Origin: a virus
Direction: 5' to 3' (one strand)
IMG/VR virus record: IMGVR_UViG_3300042892_002669
Coordinates: 1-64,000 of that record
DNA: 64,000 nt
Shown: positions 20,601 through 30,150 of the stretch, one piece after another
How the letters are laid out: each line of letters opens with the position of its first letter
Numbering within the stretch: the stretch's first letter is position 1
Notes under the pieces: model-generated
What the model was told of the DNA's origin: nothing
What the model saw: the letters and a program-made list of their open reading frames with translations, nothing else
Database searches by the model: none
Translations under genes and position numbers: made by a program

Positions 20601-21311
20601 GCTAGCTAGTCTGATGTCGCCTGTTCCAGTGGCAGTTGGTATAGAATTTAACCATGCATCACCACCTAATCGGATCCATTGGTTAAACGAATTCTTATAA
20701 AAATATTGTGCTTCGTTTAATGGATCAGGTAATTGTGTATATCTAGCATCAATTGCGTAGTCGCCTATATTACCTATAGTGTTCTTGGGAGTGTCACCTG
20801 ACATAGAATCGTCGAGGGTTATCACAGTTGGTATCTTGTTGGTAAACTTGCCAGTTGACTGGTTGAATTCGTAAATTCCCCATGCACTTGAAGTGGTGTC
20901 TAACCAGTAGGTTCCATTTGCTGGCGCGCCAGTTGGACGTCCAACTGCTCCCACCAGGCTGGCTAGGTCAATATCTGCTCTCAGTACGTAGCAACGGTTA
21001 GTTATACTCATCAATGAGTATGCAGCTAATAAACCATATTCATTTAACTCGTACCCCTGAATAGGAGTTCCGTCTGTAGTCTTGTAAAAGAATGGGTTTC
21101 CGTATAAGTTGACCAAATCACGCGATGATGATATCAGGGTTAATTTGTTAGCGTTGGCAGAGGTGGTAGCTACTGCTACGCCAGTTCCTGCTGCATTTGT
21201 CTTATTCTGTGCAGTTGCAAGAATGATAAGTGGTACTGAATTAGAGGCTGCTGGTGCGTATTGACTTTGGTCAATGATGGTTACTTCTACGCCTGGGGAT
21301 ACTAATGCCAT
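17664..21311 (-). CDS. gp18: Contractile tail sheath protein (gp18-like) with large central insertion
   Basis: MALVSPGVEVTIID start; C-terminal PWLAAAG.RRG, LY.NQINP, RTNVARL, FEPND..TR, IEP.KAAEFIYI. Confidence 0.95.
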   Translation of the reverse strand: MALVSPGVEVTIIDQSQYAPAASNSVPLIILATAQNKTNAAGTGVAVATTSANANKLTLISSSRDLVNLYGNPFFYKTTDGTPIQGYELNEYGLLAAYSLMSITNRCYVLRADIDLASLVGAVGRPTGAPANGTYWLDTTSSAWGIYEFNQSTGKFTNKIPTVITLDDSMSGDTPKNTIGNIGDYAIDARYTQLPDPLNEAQYFYKNSFNQWIRLGGDAWLNSIPTATGTGDIRLASFGGDLSSSQQLNIVGSTFTINVNDEYNVTVTVSGNTAVDVANDINQLGLDRISAGIDSSGKYVVVYSSSPAEESFIQFSSATYGGTTETILDYLGLSSTTKYYQPDIAYGTSAEMPMWTAGQTSPRPTGSVWIKTSAAGAGISTVLAQYSSTTESFVQKNVKLYTSITDANYQLDGAGGKNIAAGTVVGDYSMAMAVPGSPVYLYERTTKGATVVTGTITNPTFTYGDQLVVRVSTVGSAVLSTPYTLVIPGETAADFVTAWSGASIPNTTAAVTAGGAIQLTHTLGGEIVLSVPGNNSNQAVLEAAGFILGATTGISRRHIASITNSSAQQTSSTRPTGGAAGSNAVFNVFASGKTYMIDGITSAGIDYSVGDLIVISGDQLGGTTPTNDLTLTVTELDSTAVAGVGPIMNSNGVIGVAYVSGAPNLGYYLGASNWNRIAYTANEGAPTKAPLNKTNWFYSVIDQVDIMIQKQGAWIGYRNTAYDNQGNPISSGLNSTDSAGPIIATDAPTVQSDGVSALAYGDLWLDSNDLENYPALYRWQSSDGIDTWVKIDVTDQTTNDGILFADARWGSTSDIDPANDPIPSIASLLVSNYLDLDAPAAGLYPQGMLLFNTRRSGYNVKQYRTNYFTAANFPDQSLPIMIDAWVSASGLKTDGSPYMGRKAQRHMVTVAMKSAISTNMAIREEDTFMNLMACPGYPELQPEMVGLNNERNNTAYIIGDTPLRLSDQASDLLAWANNTVGAAGSGEDGLVTRDEYMGLFYPSGIATEPGGTSVVVPASHMMLRTFLRNDRIAYPWLAAAGTRRGTIDNATSIGYIDALTGEFQSVKNRNAIRDVLYTNQINPLASFTGIGLLNYGNKNSKATSSALDRTNVARLICYIRERLQSITRPFIFEPNDALTRSQIAAVVQTLFVDLVSKRGLYDYLVVCDGSNNTPAVIDRNELHIDIAIEPTKAAEFIYIPVRVLNTGGIAALSGQ

Positions 21312-21365
21312 TTTAAAATTTCCTTTATGTTATGATTTTGAGGGTTAACTCCCTGTTGATAGTAT

Positions 21366-21427
21366 TATTTATGTTTATTTCCATAAAACACGTGGTTGCT
21401 ACTCTTTATAAAGAGCTGCTATAAATA
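21366..21427. promoter_or_regulatory. Divergent late promoters (CATAAATA minus, TATAAATA plus)
   Basis: 21366-21373 drives the sheath; 21420-21427 is an exact T4 late consensus 5 nt before ATG 21433. Confidence 0.7.
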
Positions 21428-21432
21428 ACAGT

Positions 21433-21780
21433 ATGAACCGACCCATGTGCCCAGTATGCAACAAAAATCACTGTGCTGCCAACTATTATCGCAAAGGAGT
21501 GCGGTATTTTCGCAGTAAATGTGATGACTGTATCCGCAAGAACAAAGGCATACGCCCAGCTGTTCCTACTTGGAAGAAGCTGGGCTATACCAAAAAGACT
21601 GGCTGTGACTTATGTGGGTTTAGAAGAATATATGACAGTCAAATGGTAGTATTTCACGTTGACGGTAACTTAACTAACAATGAGTTAGTGAATCTACGTA
21701 CCATTTGCTTAAATTGTATTGAAGTGGTAAAGCGCAAAGAACCTATTTGGAAGCTGGGTGATTTAGAAATTGATCCCTAA
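21433..21780 (+). CDS. Zn-finger HNH-like protein
   Basis: CPVC, CDDC, CDLC, CLNC; FHVDGNLTNN...NL..IC. Confidence 0.75.
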   Translation: MNRPMCPVCNKNHCAANYYRKGVRYFRSKCDDCIRKNKGIRPAVPTWKKLGYTKKTGCDLCGFRRIYDSQMVVFHVDGNLTNNELVNLRTICLNCIEVVKRKEPIWKLGDLEIDP

Positions 21781-22409
21781 CAGGCCATGATAGTTTTTAT
21801 CTTGGTGTGTAAATCATCTATCGTGCCATCATTTTCAATTTCATAGTCATAGTGTAATCCCACACTCATGTACTCGCTGGGGTGAATCTTGGCATCCCAA
21901 AGACGGCTCTTTGCCAGTATCCAGCCAATGTGGGCATCTCCCCTGTTGACTGCAACTGCGTCATCGTACCAAATGGGTTTAGGCCCTCGTGTGATTCTGA
22001 TGGTTGTTCCGCCGGCTCGCTTGATAGCAGCAAGTTCATTGGGGAATCTGGTGTCAGTGATTACGATATCATCTTTGCTTTGTGTAATCTTGTTTTCTAG
22101 GCTGGCGATCCAAATGTCGTCATGAAAATGATTGCGAGCCACTTCAGTTCCCCAGTGCTGCAATACCCATCTGGGAGTTAGTTCAGGAATACCCAGTCGT
22201 TCACTCCACCAGGGATCAACTTGTTCTCGCCATTCACGACTGTATGTGGTGTTTCCTTCAAGTAGAGTGCGATCCCATCCAAATATATATGAGACCGCAT
22301 CTTTTAATGATCCTGCAAAGCTTTCTTTTTTGAATCCATGAAATGAAGTCAGATAGTTGGCTACTGTATCTTTGCCTGAACCGATGAATCCAGTGACGCT
22401 AATAATCAT
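21777..22409 (-). CDS. gp1: Deoxynucleoside monophosphate kinase (gp1-like)
   Basis: GFIGSGKDT P-loop, FA.SLKD, TPRWVLQ.WGTEV.R, ITDTRFPNE. Confidence 0.93.
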   Translation of the reverse strand: MIISVTGFIGSGKDTVANYLTSFHGFKKESFAGSLKDAVSYIFGWDRTLLEGNTTYSREWREQVDPWWSERLGIPELTPRWVLQHWGTEVARNHFHDDIWIASLENKITQSKDDIVITDTRFPNELAAIKRAGGTTIRITRGPKPIWYDDAVAVNRGDAHIGWILAKSRLWDAKIHPSEYMSVGLHYDYEIENDGTIDDLHTKIKTIMAC

Positions 22410-22477
22410 ATTGCTCCCAAGTTATGTGACTATTATATCGCACAACAGCAATAATGTACAGCGTTTAGGTTACTAAA

Positions 22478-23242
22478 TTAGCCCTGAACCCAAGTCAGTG
22501 GTTGCGAATAGTCCACGTATCTGCGTAGGTCTTCCAGTAGCTGTGCTTGCAGGGCTGCACCTTCAGCTTTCAATGCAGTACCGTTCAGCGTAGTGCCGCC
22601 ACCAGGTCCCACGATGCTGGCAAACTTCTCACGAGCCTCACCCAGGGTGAGTTTGAGTTGGCTGAATACCCAGTCACCTATCCAAACCCCTGATCCTGGA
22701 TCTTGTAACAGTGTTGATTCAGGTTTTTGAGTATCAGCCCAAACCAATATCTTTTCTCCGGATCCCTTGGGGTCACGCACCAGTCTTATCTGTTTAGTCA
22801 CTGGGTTGAATGTGAATACCACATATCCACCAAACATACGTGCAGCTAACTCAATATAGCCAGCATAAAAGTCATATGTGGCTAATCCGCCTGCATAGTT
22901 GTAGTTTAACAGATAGGTATTTAAGATTGCGCTGCTGAATGGGTCAAACGAGCTGGATGCAGGTCCTGTTTCCAGACCAATGGTTCTACGGAATACTTGT
23001 CTGACATTGATGAATTCATCTGGCAACGTATAAGTGTCCATTTTAGCTTCCAGTGTCAACAGAGTGTATGATTCTTCTGTTGCGTTCTGGGCGCGTTGTC
23101 TATAGACTTTTATTGCATATTTGTACGCAGCTTCATAGTGTTCAGGATCTAATTCTAAGTCTACGATACCGTCACCCAACCTGTATCGTAGATTGTCAAA
23201 TAGTTCTTGCTTTAATTCTTGAAGTGTAAGTGCTGATGCCAT
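22478..23242 (-). CDS. gp13: Neck protein (gp13-like)
   Basis: LK..L..RLG..VDLEL, LGEAREKF, PGG.TTLNG..L..EG. Confidence 0.85.
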   Translation of the reverse strand: MASALTLQELKQELFDNLRYRLGDGIVDLELDPEHYEAAYKYAIKVYRQRAQNATEESYTLLTLEAKMDTYTLPDEFINVRQVFRRTIGLETGPASSSFDPFSSAILNTYLLNYNYAGGLATYDFYAGYIELAARMFGGYVVFTFNPVTKQIRLVRDPKGSGEKILVWADTQKPESTLLQDPGSGVWIGDWVFSQLKLTLGEAREKFASIVGPGGGTTLNGTALKAEGAALQAQLLEDLRRYVDYSQPLTWVQG

Positions 23243-23290
23243 AGTTGTATGCCCTGTTTATACTGTATTTATCAGGCATACCAGACAAAC

Positions 23291-23866
23291 TTATCTCCAT
23301 TTGGGACCATCAAACCAAGCTGCAACTGAGTGTCTGGTGCCCTTGGTAACTGGCGTGGCTGCATGGTATATAAAGCTGGGAATGAATATCACAGTGCCCT
23401 GAGTTCTGATTTCCTGTGGAACCATCTGTTCCATAGTGGTTTCATACAGTTCAAAATTACCACCCTCATATGTGTCTGGATCAGTTAGTTGTATGATGCA
23501 CGAGAGTTTTCTATGATACTTGGGATCGTTGTTTATCCAAAATACATCTTGATGCCTTTTGTACTCTCCCTGAACAGCCTCATCGTATTCAGCCAGTTGT
23601 AGATAACTGAGTTTAGACAAGTGAAAATCAAACCAAACATCATTTGCCTGCAATGCCAGCTTCCACAGTTCATCAAACAAGAATTTAAAATTCTCATTGT
23701 CCTGTTGTATAAATCTCACTGAACCTCTGCGAAATTCAGAGTTGATTATGCTATTGGCCACTCCCATAGAGGGAGTTTCTGCGGGGATAGACAATCCCTG
23801 AGCTAAGATATGATTGCATATGTCTGGACTAAAGTGTCCCTTAAAGTAACACCATTCACCCTTCAT
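23291..23866 (-). CDS. 2OG-Fe(II) oxygenase (prolyl-hydroxylase-like)
   Basis: HQD, RKLS..IQL, YEGG, IFIPSF.YH...PVTKGTR.S...W..GP; start moved to 23866. Confidence 0.9.
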   Translation of the reverse strand: MKGEWCYFKGHFSPDICNHILAQGLSIPAETPSMGVANSIINSEFRRGSVRFIQQDNENFKFLFDELWKLALQANDVWFDFHLSKLSYLQLAEYDEAVQGEYKRHQDVFWINNDPKYHRKLSCIIQLTDPDTYEGGNFELYETTMEQMVPQEIRTQGTVIFIPSFIYHAATPVTKGTRHSVAAWFDGPKWR

Positions 23867-23867
23867 A

Positions 23868-24296
23868 TCAAATGTCTCCAGCTTGACGATTTTCGCTGTA
23901 GTGTGGGTCAAAGTTGCCACCTGGATAGCGTGACTCAAGCTTTCTAACGTTCTCTGCAATAACATCATTGGGATCAAGATTCAACGCACGACAACTATTG
24001 ATCCAGTACCACATAATGTCCCCTAATTCACGCTTCATATGGAACACGTTTTCATCAGTAAGTGGCTTACCCTGAAACAGCATCTTTTTTGGTATCTCGC
24101 AAAACTCTCCAGTTTCTGCTGCCAACCCCAGTGCGCCTGTAATCAACAATGGCACATTGATAGTGGGCCCATGATCGTTGCCGTCCCAGTTACCATCCAG
24201 TTCATCCAGTCTGTTCATAAACGCAGTAAGATCAGTGCTGGGTTCGCTGGTCACGGCTCCCACAAATTCGCTGTATTTGTTTAAATCAATATTCAT
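23868..24296 (-). CDS. mazG: MazG-like NTP pyrophosphohydrolase
   Basis: GLAAETGEFCEI.KK, RELGDIMWY, N..KL..RYP. Confidence 0.9.
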   Translation of the reverse strand: MNIDLNKYSEFVGAVTSEPSTDLTAFMNRLDELDGNWDGNDHGPTINVPLLITGALGLAAETGEFCEIPKKMLFQGKPLTDENVFHMKRELGDIMWYWINSCRALNLDPNDVIAENVRKLESRYPGGNFDPHYSENRQAGDI

Positions 24297-25489
24297 TAGA
24301 ATGCCTTTAAAATTATAAGTGAGTCATTAAATCTACCATTTGGCGTAGTAGCAGTTGCCTTAATTTCTTTGAAGTATTTACGTGCAGCTGGCTTGCTGCC
24401 CATGATTTCTTTGATGGCTTCTGCTGGCTTGCGCAATGTCTTTACTTCACTAGTTGACGTATCAAATCCCAGTAGAGTGTTGCCCTTGACTGTGAATGTT
24501 TTGCTGTAATCATCCGCAATATAGTGATGCAGTTTACGTTTGGCAGTGTCGTATACCCACGCCTCACTTGCACCATGCAGCTTAGTAGGATGTACACTAA
24601 CCAAATCCAGTTTGGCTGCAACATCTTTAAACTCCCGCAAGTACTTGAGTTTGCTCACAATCTTTTCTACCGGCACTGCCTTGCGAGCACGTGGGGTACG
24701 TGCAGTTTTCTTTACGCTGATATAGCTGTTGAGGTCACTTAATACACCATCAATAAACTTGATGATATTTTTAAGTTGAGTTTTTGTAAACTGATTGTAG
24801 CCCTCAGTTAGCAGACTGTCTTTGCTCTCCAGTACTTCTTCAAACTCAGCCAGCTTTTTCTTCCAAACACTGGCAACCAGTGGGATATGCTGTGGCATCA
24901 CATTTCGTTTGGCCAACTCGTCCATTGGGCGCAGTGAGTGTGTTGACTTGGCACCAGCTGCAATGTATTCATCAAACAGTCCCTCAATCTCACCGCAGGC
25001 TTCACTGGCTTTTTCGCGCAAGATTTCCTGAATGTTGGGACGATTAGCCGTTTCAACTTTGTCTGCCGGTGCCTCTTCTGCAGACTTAAAGCCAGACTTA
25101 AAGATGGTCTCGGGTTTAGAAACAGTGAGCAACAGTCTGGTGATTTCATTTTGCAGTGTTGCCTGTTCGTATTCTGTTAACTCAAGTCCTCTGAGTGTCA
25201 TACGCGACAGCCAGCACAGTGTAGTTAGTACTTCGCTTTCAGGCACTTTGTGCATTTGCTTGGCATCAGCTTTTCTGTCATTGTTTTCCAGATACTGAAT
25301 CAGCAAGTCCTTGCCCTCTTTGCGGCCATAGAATCGGTTGTACCAATTGAATGCACGTGACAGAGTAGAACTCCTAACCACTGTTTCGGGCTGAGTTTCA
25401 AAGCTGGGTTCTTCACCCATGTATTTGGTATCTACGTCTTTGGGGTTCAGTGCTTTTACCATTGTGTTGATGGACGATTTGCGTGTCAT
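24296..25489 (-). CDS. Hypothetical phage protein
   Basis: About 397-aa ORF behind a sigma70 promoter and AGGAG RBS. Confidence 0.8.
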   Translation of the reverse strand: MTRKSSINTMVKALNPKDVDTKYMGEEPSFETQPETVVRSSTLSRAFNWYNRFYGRKEGKDLLIQYLENNDRKADAKQMHKVPESEVLTTLCWLSRMTLRGLELTEYEQATLQNEITRLLLTVSKPETIFKSGFKSAEEAPADKVETANRPNIQEILREKASEACGEIEGLFDEYIAAGAKSTHSLRPMDELAKRNVMPQHIPLVASVWKKKLAEFEEVLESKDSLLTEGYNQFTKTQLKNIIKFIDGVLSDLNSYISVKKTARTPRARKAVPVEKIVSKLKYLREFKDVAAKLDLVSVHPTKLHGASEAWVYDTAKRKLHHYIADDYSKTFTVKGNTLLGFDTSTSEVKTLRKPAEAIKEIMGSKPAARKYFKEIKATATTPNGRFNDSLIILKAF

Positions 25490-25516
25490 GTCTACTCCTG
25501 TCATTGTTTGTGTTAC

Positions 25517-25545
25517 ATTATAGCATAGTACTTATTAAATTGCAA
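25517..25545 (-). promoter_or_regulatory. Sigma70 promoter TTGCAA-17-TATAAT with extended -10 TG
   Basis: Read directly upstream of 25489. Confidence 0.7.
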
Positions 25546-25606
25546 CCTAATGTTGTATAAACACAACACCCGTTGGGCATAAATACTAGACTATTGGAAC
25601 CCATAA

Positions 25607-27244
25607 ATGCCTAAATTATCGCTATACCGCTCCCAAAAATCCAACGATTACAAGTTTTTTGACAGGAATATCGCTGAGCTATTCACCGTTGGCGGTACTG
25701 ACCTGTTTATACATAAGTATTTGGGTCCAAGTGACCAGGGTCCAACCACTTCATTGAGCCAGCCCAGATATGACAAACTTGATCCCACCAATATACAAGA
25801 TTTATTGTTTTTAGAGAATCGTGACCGCAAATATGATAGCAATATTTACAGATTACGTGGGCACTACAATACCCAAAATTTGGACTTTGATTTGAGTCAA
25901 TTTGGATTGTTTTTGAACAGTGATGTCATATTCATAACAGTTCACTATAACACCATGATAGAACTGATTGGTCGTAAGCTAATAGTGGGTGATGTATTTG
26001 AACTACCTCACTTGACTGACTATCACCCACTGAACGAAAAGATACCCACTGCACTGCGCCGATACTATCAGATCACTGATGCCAATTTCGCCAGTGAAGG
26101 CTTCAGCAGCAGCTGGTATCCTCACTTGTGGCGAATCAAGTGTGAGCCACTGGTTGACAGTCAAGAATTCGCTAACATATTGGATAAGCCTGTGGCACAA
26201 GATAACTTTTTGGGTGACTGGGACAAGACTACAACTTATGTTCCAGGCTATGTGGTCAGCTATGGTGACAAAAATTACATGCCCAAGCAAAATGTACCAG
26301 CGGGCATCCCCTGCACTGATACAACCTATTGGCAACTGGATATCGCTGACAGCTTGAAAGATATCTTGGGACGCTATAACAAGAATTTACAAATCAATGA
26401 AGCCATGATCAGTGAGGCCACCAGAATCGTACCAGCAAATGGATACGACAGAAAGCAACTGTACTTGGCTCCACTCAATGAGTACAATGAACCTGGCGCC
26501 GCCAAAAATGTTATCATACGCAGAGGCACTCCTGAAACAACTGTTAACTCTATTGAGTATGTAAACGGCAACATACCCATCGTTAGAATAGCCGCCGCGT
26601 CATTGAATAATATCAATGCATTAATGGACTCCACTGACTTGTTGGCATCATTCGTCAAACTCAGCTTGACTATAACCACTGTAATGCCTGAAAGAACTGA
26701 AAATGGTTCAGGTAGTGTGGAGCCAGACATCGTGCTGTCAGTGAAAGCACTGGGACCAATTGACATACCATATGGCACAGTAGACAACATAAATTCCGGC
26801 AGTGATGCCAGTGTTGATTCAGCCTCGTTTAATTCAGATGTGTTTCAAATAACTGAAGTACAAGACTTCCGCGCTGACGCCGACCCCAGGTTTAAGTTTG
26901 TAAAGAAAGAAACTGCCAGAGGCTTTGGATACACTGATGGCTATATGGCAGGCGAGGCTGCAGCACCAAACGGAGAACCATTTGGATCAGGCATCACCTT
27001 CCCCACCAGTGCCAAAGTTGGTGACTATTTCTTGAGAATGGATTACTTGCCTCAGCAGATGTTTCGTTGGGACGGCAATTTATGGGTTAAGATTTCTGAA
27101 GTCACCAGGGTGGAATCTGGATCCAACTCCAACCAAACGCAAATGGGCAGCTTTGTTAATAACAGCAATGTGACTGCTACATTGAACGGGCCTATCCCAG
27201 AGAAACAGGCACTATCAACAATTTTAAATATTACACCAGACTAA
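25607..27244 (+). CDS. gp14: Neck/head-closure protein (gp14-like), extended
   Basis: LSQFGLF..D.IFIT, GDVFELPHL, W.IKCE; late promoter CATAAATA at 25578-25585; precedes gp15. Confidence 0.7.
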   Translation: MPKLSLYRSQKSNDYKFFDRNIAELFTVGGTDLFIHKYLGPSDQGPTTSLSQPRYDKLDPTNIQDLLFLENRDRKYDSNIYRLRGHYNTQNLDFDLSQFGLFLNSDVIFITVHYNTMIELIGRKLIVGDVFELPHLTDYHPLNEKIPTALRRYYQITDANFASEGFSSSWYPHLWRIKCEPLVDSQEFANILDKPVAQDNFLGDWDKTTTYVPGYVVSYGDKNYMPKQNVPAGIPCTDTTYWQLDIADSLKDILGRYNKNLQINEAMISEATRIVPANGYDRKQLYLAPLNEYNEPGAAKNVIIRRGTPETTVNSIEYVNGNIPIVRIAAASLNNINALMDSTDLLASFVKLSLTITTVMPERTENGSGSVEPDIVLSVKALGPIDIPYGTVDNINSGSDASVDSASFNSDVFQITEVQDFRADADPRFKFVKKETARGFGYTDGYMAGEAAAPNGEPFGSGITFPTSAKVGDYFLRMDYLPQQMFRWDGNLWVKISEVTRVESGSNSNQTQMGSFVNNSNVTATLNGPIPEKQALSTILNITPD

Positions 27245-27253
27245 GGAATACAC

Positions 27254-28624
27254 ATGGCAGCTTACTTCAATGACAATCAGATACGCAGATTTCTAATTCA
27301 ATTTGCGCGTATCTTTTCTGACTGGCAAGTTACTAAAGGCAAAGATCCAGCAGGCAACGATATATTAGTTCGTGTGCCCATTATGTACGGCGACAGTAGT
27401 CGTCAAGCTGCAGCTATTATAGCCAACAACAGTGCCAGCAGCATGCCCAGTGCGCCCCTGATTACCTATTATATAACAGCAGTAGAGTACGATCAAACCA
27501 GAACTCAAGATCCCTATTTCATTGACAAGATGAGTATAAGAAGAAGAAACTGGAATACTGAAACACAAAGCTACGAGAATGTACAGGGCGATGCGTTCAC
27601 TGTAGAGCGTGTGATGCCAGTTCCCTACACTCTGAGAATTTCAGTTGATTTTTGGACCACTAACTACAATCAGAAACTTGAACTCATTGAGCAGTTGGGC
27701 GTGTTGTTCAACCCCAGCATGGAGTTACAAAGCACAGACAACTTTATTGACTGGACCAGCTTGAGTGTAGTTTACCAAGAAGGATTAACATTCAGTTCAC
27801 GCTCAATACCACAGGGCACTGGCAATCCAATTGACGTATTAACTTGGAAATTCTACATGCCAATTTGGATAAGCAGCAGCGCCAAGGTCAAGAAGCTGGG
27901 CGTTATCTACAAAATTATTGCCAGTATATTCAAGGGCAACGCACTGACTGACATGCAGGACGATGACCTGTTGTTGGGTACCAGACAGAAAATTACACCA
28001 TATGGCTATAAGGTATTGCTGTTGGGCAACTCATTGCAGTTGTTGCCCAATTATGCCACAGCCTCGCCCAGCAATTCCACGTTGGATACGCCTGTTAGTC
28101 CTGATACTGATCTGGGCTGGACAGCCTTTTTGAACCTGTATGGTAAAGTAAAGCCAGGCATAAGTCAGATATGGTTACAGAATCCAAACATGACCACTGA
28201 CATAGTTGGCACTGTTGCATTTAATCCATCGGATGACCGACTGTTGATATTTGATATTGACACTGCGACTTTACCACAGGATACACTGGATCCAGTAGAC
28301 AGCGTTATTAATCCTCGCAATAAATATCCAGACAATGGATTGCCCACTGTGGCAATGGGACAACGCTATCTGGTAATTGATCAGATTGGCAGCGCTGATG
28401 TCAATCCTGCAGATAGTCCGTGGGGTTCACTGATAGCCAATCCCAACGACATAATTGAATACGATGGCGCCAATTGGACAGTGGTGTTTGACAGTGCATC
28501 TTCCACACGAGTAGAATTTGTCAAGAATTTAACCACCATGGTACAATACAGATATCAAGATAGTGCATGGGTGAAAAGCTATGAGGGGTACTACGCTCCT
28601 GGAGATTTCTCTGTAGTAATTTAA
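27254..28624 (+). CDS. gp15: Tail sheath stabiliser/terminator (gp15-like)
   Basis: YF...QIRR...QF.RIFS, VPIMYG, PVPY.L, Q.LELIEQ...LFNP. Confidence 0.88.
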   Translation: MAAYFNDNQIRRFLIQFARIFSDWQVTKGKDPAGNDILVRVPIMYGDSSRQAAAIIANNSASSMPSAPLITYYITAVEYDQTRTQDPYFIDKMSIRRRNWNTETQSYENVQGDAFTVERVMPVPYTLRISVDFWTTNYNQKLELIEQLGVLFNPSMELQSTDNFIDWTSLSVVYQEGLTFSSRSIPQGTGNPIDVLTWKFYMPIWISSSAKVKKLGVIYKIIASIFKGNALTDMQDDDLLLGTRQKITPYGYKVLLLGNSLQLLPNYATASPSNSTLDTPVSPDTDLGWTAFLNLYGKVKPGISQIWLQNPNMTTDIVGTVAFNPSDDRLLIFDIDTATLPQDTLDPVDSVINPRNKYPDNGLPTVAMGQRYLVIDQIGSADVNPADSPWGSLIANPNDIIEYDGANWTVVFDSASSTRVEFVKNLTTMVQYRYQDSAWVKSYEGYYAPGDFSVVI

Positions 28625-28654
28625 GCAGTGCTCGTTTTGATGATAAATCAATAT

Positions 28655-29080
28655 ATGAGCAAAGTTGAAAACACATCAGCAGGAATATTCTTTTACTGTG
28701 ATAGCACGGATAGATTTTTATTCCTGTTGAGAAACGATGAAAAGAACAATGGATTCTGGGGAATACCTGGCGGCAAATTAGAAAATGCTGAAACACTCAG
28801 TCAGGGATTGGCTCGTGAATGTCAAGAGGAAATCGCATTCTTTCCCACCAATGCCAAACTGGTTCCCATTCAGAAATTCGTAAACAACACGTTTACCTAT
28901 CATACATTCTTTTGTACGATACCAGATGAGTTTATTCCAGTACTAAATGATGAGCATGTGGGATACTGTTGGGTTGATGTGCATCATTATCCTAAACCAC
29001 TGCATCCAGGGTTATTTAACACTATCAACTTTGATGTAGTGCAAACGAAATTAAAAGAACTTACAAAAAAAGCCGCATAA
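28655..29080 (+). CDS. Nudix hydrolase
   Basis: Nudix box GGKLENAETLSQGLARECQEEI; LNDEH..Y.W. Confidence 0.92.
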   Translation: MSKVENTSAGIFFYCDSTDRFLFLLRNDEKNNGFWGIPGGKLENAETLSQGLARECQEEIAFFPTNAKLVPIQKFVNNTFTYHTFFCTIPDEFIPVLNDEHVGYCWVDVHHYPKPLHPGLFNTINFDVVQTKLKELTKKAA

Positions 29081-29091
29081 GCGGCTTTTTT
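29065..29091. terminator. Bidirectional intrinsic terminator
   Basis: AAAAAAAGCCGC-ATAA-GCGGCTTTTTT between convergent genes. Confidence 0.9.
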
Positions 29092-29108
29092 GTATACTAT
29101 AGCTTAGA

Positions 29109-30062
29109 TTAAGCGTTAGTGATTCTTACAGAAACATTGGCCACTGGTGATCCAAATGTCCATTGTGCAGGTGAGTCATCAGCAAACTGTGTTCCAGTAT
29201 TGGCAACTACCACAGCCTTGTGGTTACTGATTTTAACTACCCAGTATGTACCACCAGCACTGTCAGTTGCAACAATAGCCATTTGGCCTGCTGCACTTGG
29301 AGTTGCTGCAACCAATGAGCATACTTCTGTGCCATCTGTTGTTTTAACTTTAAAGCGACGAGCATTTTTCTGACTGATAATATCAGCAGTTTTGTTTGAC
29401 CCACCAGTAACATACGCGGTTGGTACGATAGCATTTTCTTGATTAGTACTTGAACTAACATTACCTGTATCAACGGTTAATGTGACAGTTGGTACACCAA
29501 CTGCTGTTCCACCTGTATTAGTACCAGCTGTAGTCCAAGATAATGTAGGTACTGCAATATAACCAGAACCTTTTTCAACTGTAGTAATACTCTTAACACG
29601 ATACTTTACAGTGGCTTGTTGCTCACCGTCACCACCGACGATTTGATATGATGTTTCGGCTGTAGGAACTGTTGTAAACGAACCACGGTTAACTGGAACC
29701 ATAACTTGAACTTCACCTTGACCAGAGCCAACTGCTGTAATGTTAAGAGTAACACCAGCTAAACCTGTCAATGTTGTTGCGCCTCCAGTAGTAGTAACAT
29801 AACCGTTACCAGCTAGACCGTTTTGAGATACAATGCTTTCAACTTCCCAAACTACTGTAGCAGTAGCTTGTACACCAGTAGGTAGTGATGGTGCTGGGAT
29901 TACTAGTTGCGGTTGTGAATAAGTAGCATTGATAATTAAGCTACCTTTTTGTACTGCCAATGTATAATCAGCTAAACCTTCACCACCAATGCCATCATCA
30001 GCGCTGGTTGTAGTGCCAATGTTTCTATTACCAAAATATTTCTTATTTAACGGACGTCCCAT
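29109..30062 (-). CDS. Probable virion structural protein
   Basis: MGRPLNKKYFG start, Gly/Thr-rich beta body, strong RBS, late promoter. Confidence 0.7.
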   Translation of the reverse strand: MGRPLNKKYFGNRNIGTTTSADDGIGGEGLADYTLAVQKGSLIINATYSQPQLVIPAPSLPTGVQATATVVWEVESIVSQNGLAGNGYVTTTGGATTLTGLAGVTLNITAVGSGQGEVQVMVPVNRGSFTTVPTAETSYQIVGGDGEQQATVKYRVKSITTVEKGSGYIAVPTLSWTTAGTNTGGTAVGVPTVTLTVDTGNVSSSTNQENAIVPTAYVTGGSNKTADIISQKNARRFKVKTTDGTEVCSLVAATPSAAGQMAIVATDSAGGTYWVVKISNHKAVVVANTGTQFADDSPAQWTFGSPVANVSVRITNA

Positions 30063-30083
30063 TTGTTTCTCCTTAGTTAGTTA

Positions 30084-30150
30084 GCGTTCTAGGCCTACGC
30101 AGTGGGTTACTGCATAAACTCTCAATTAAGAGTGAACATGTCTATTTATC
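30084..30150 (-). promoter_or_regulatory. Late promoter followed by structured 5' leader (predicted three-way junction)
   Basis: GATAAATA, then UGUUC/GAACG closing stem around two hairpins. Confidence 0.55.
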
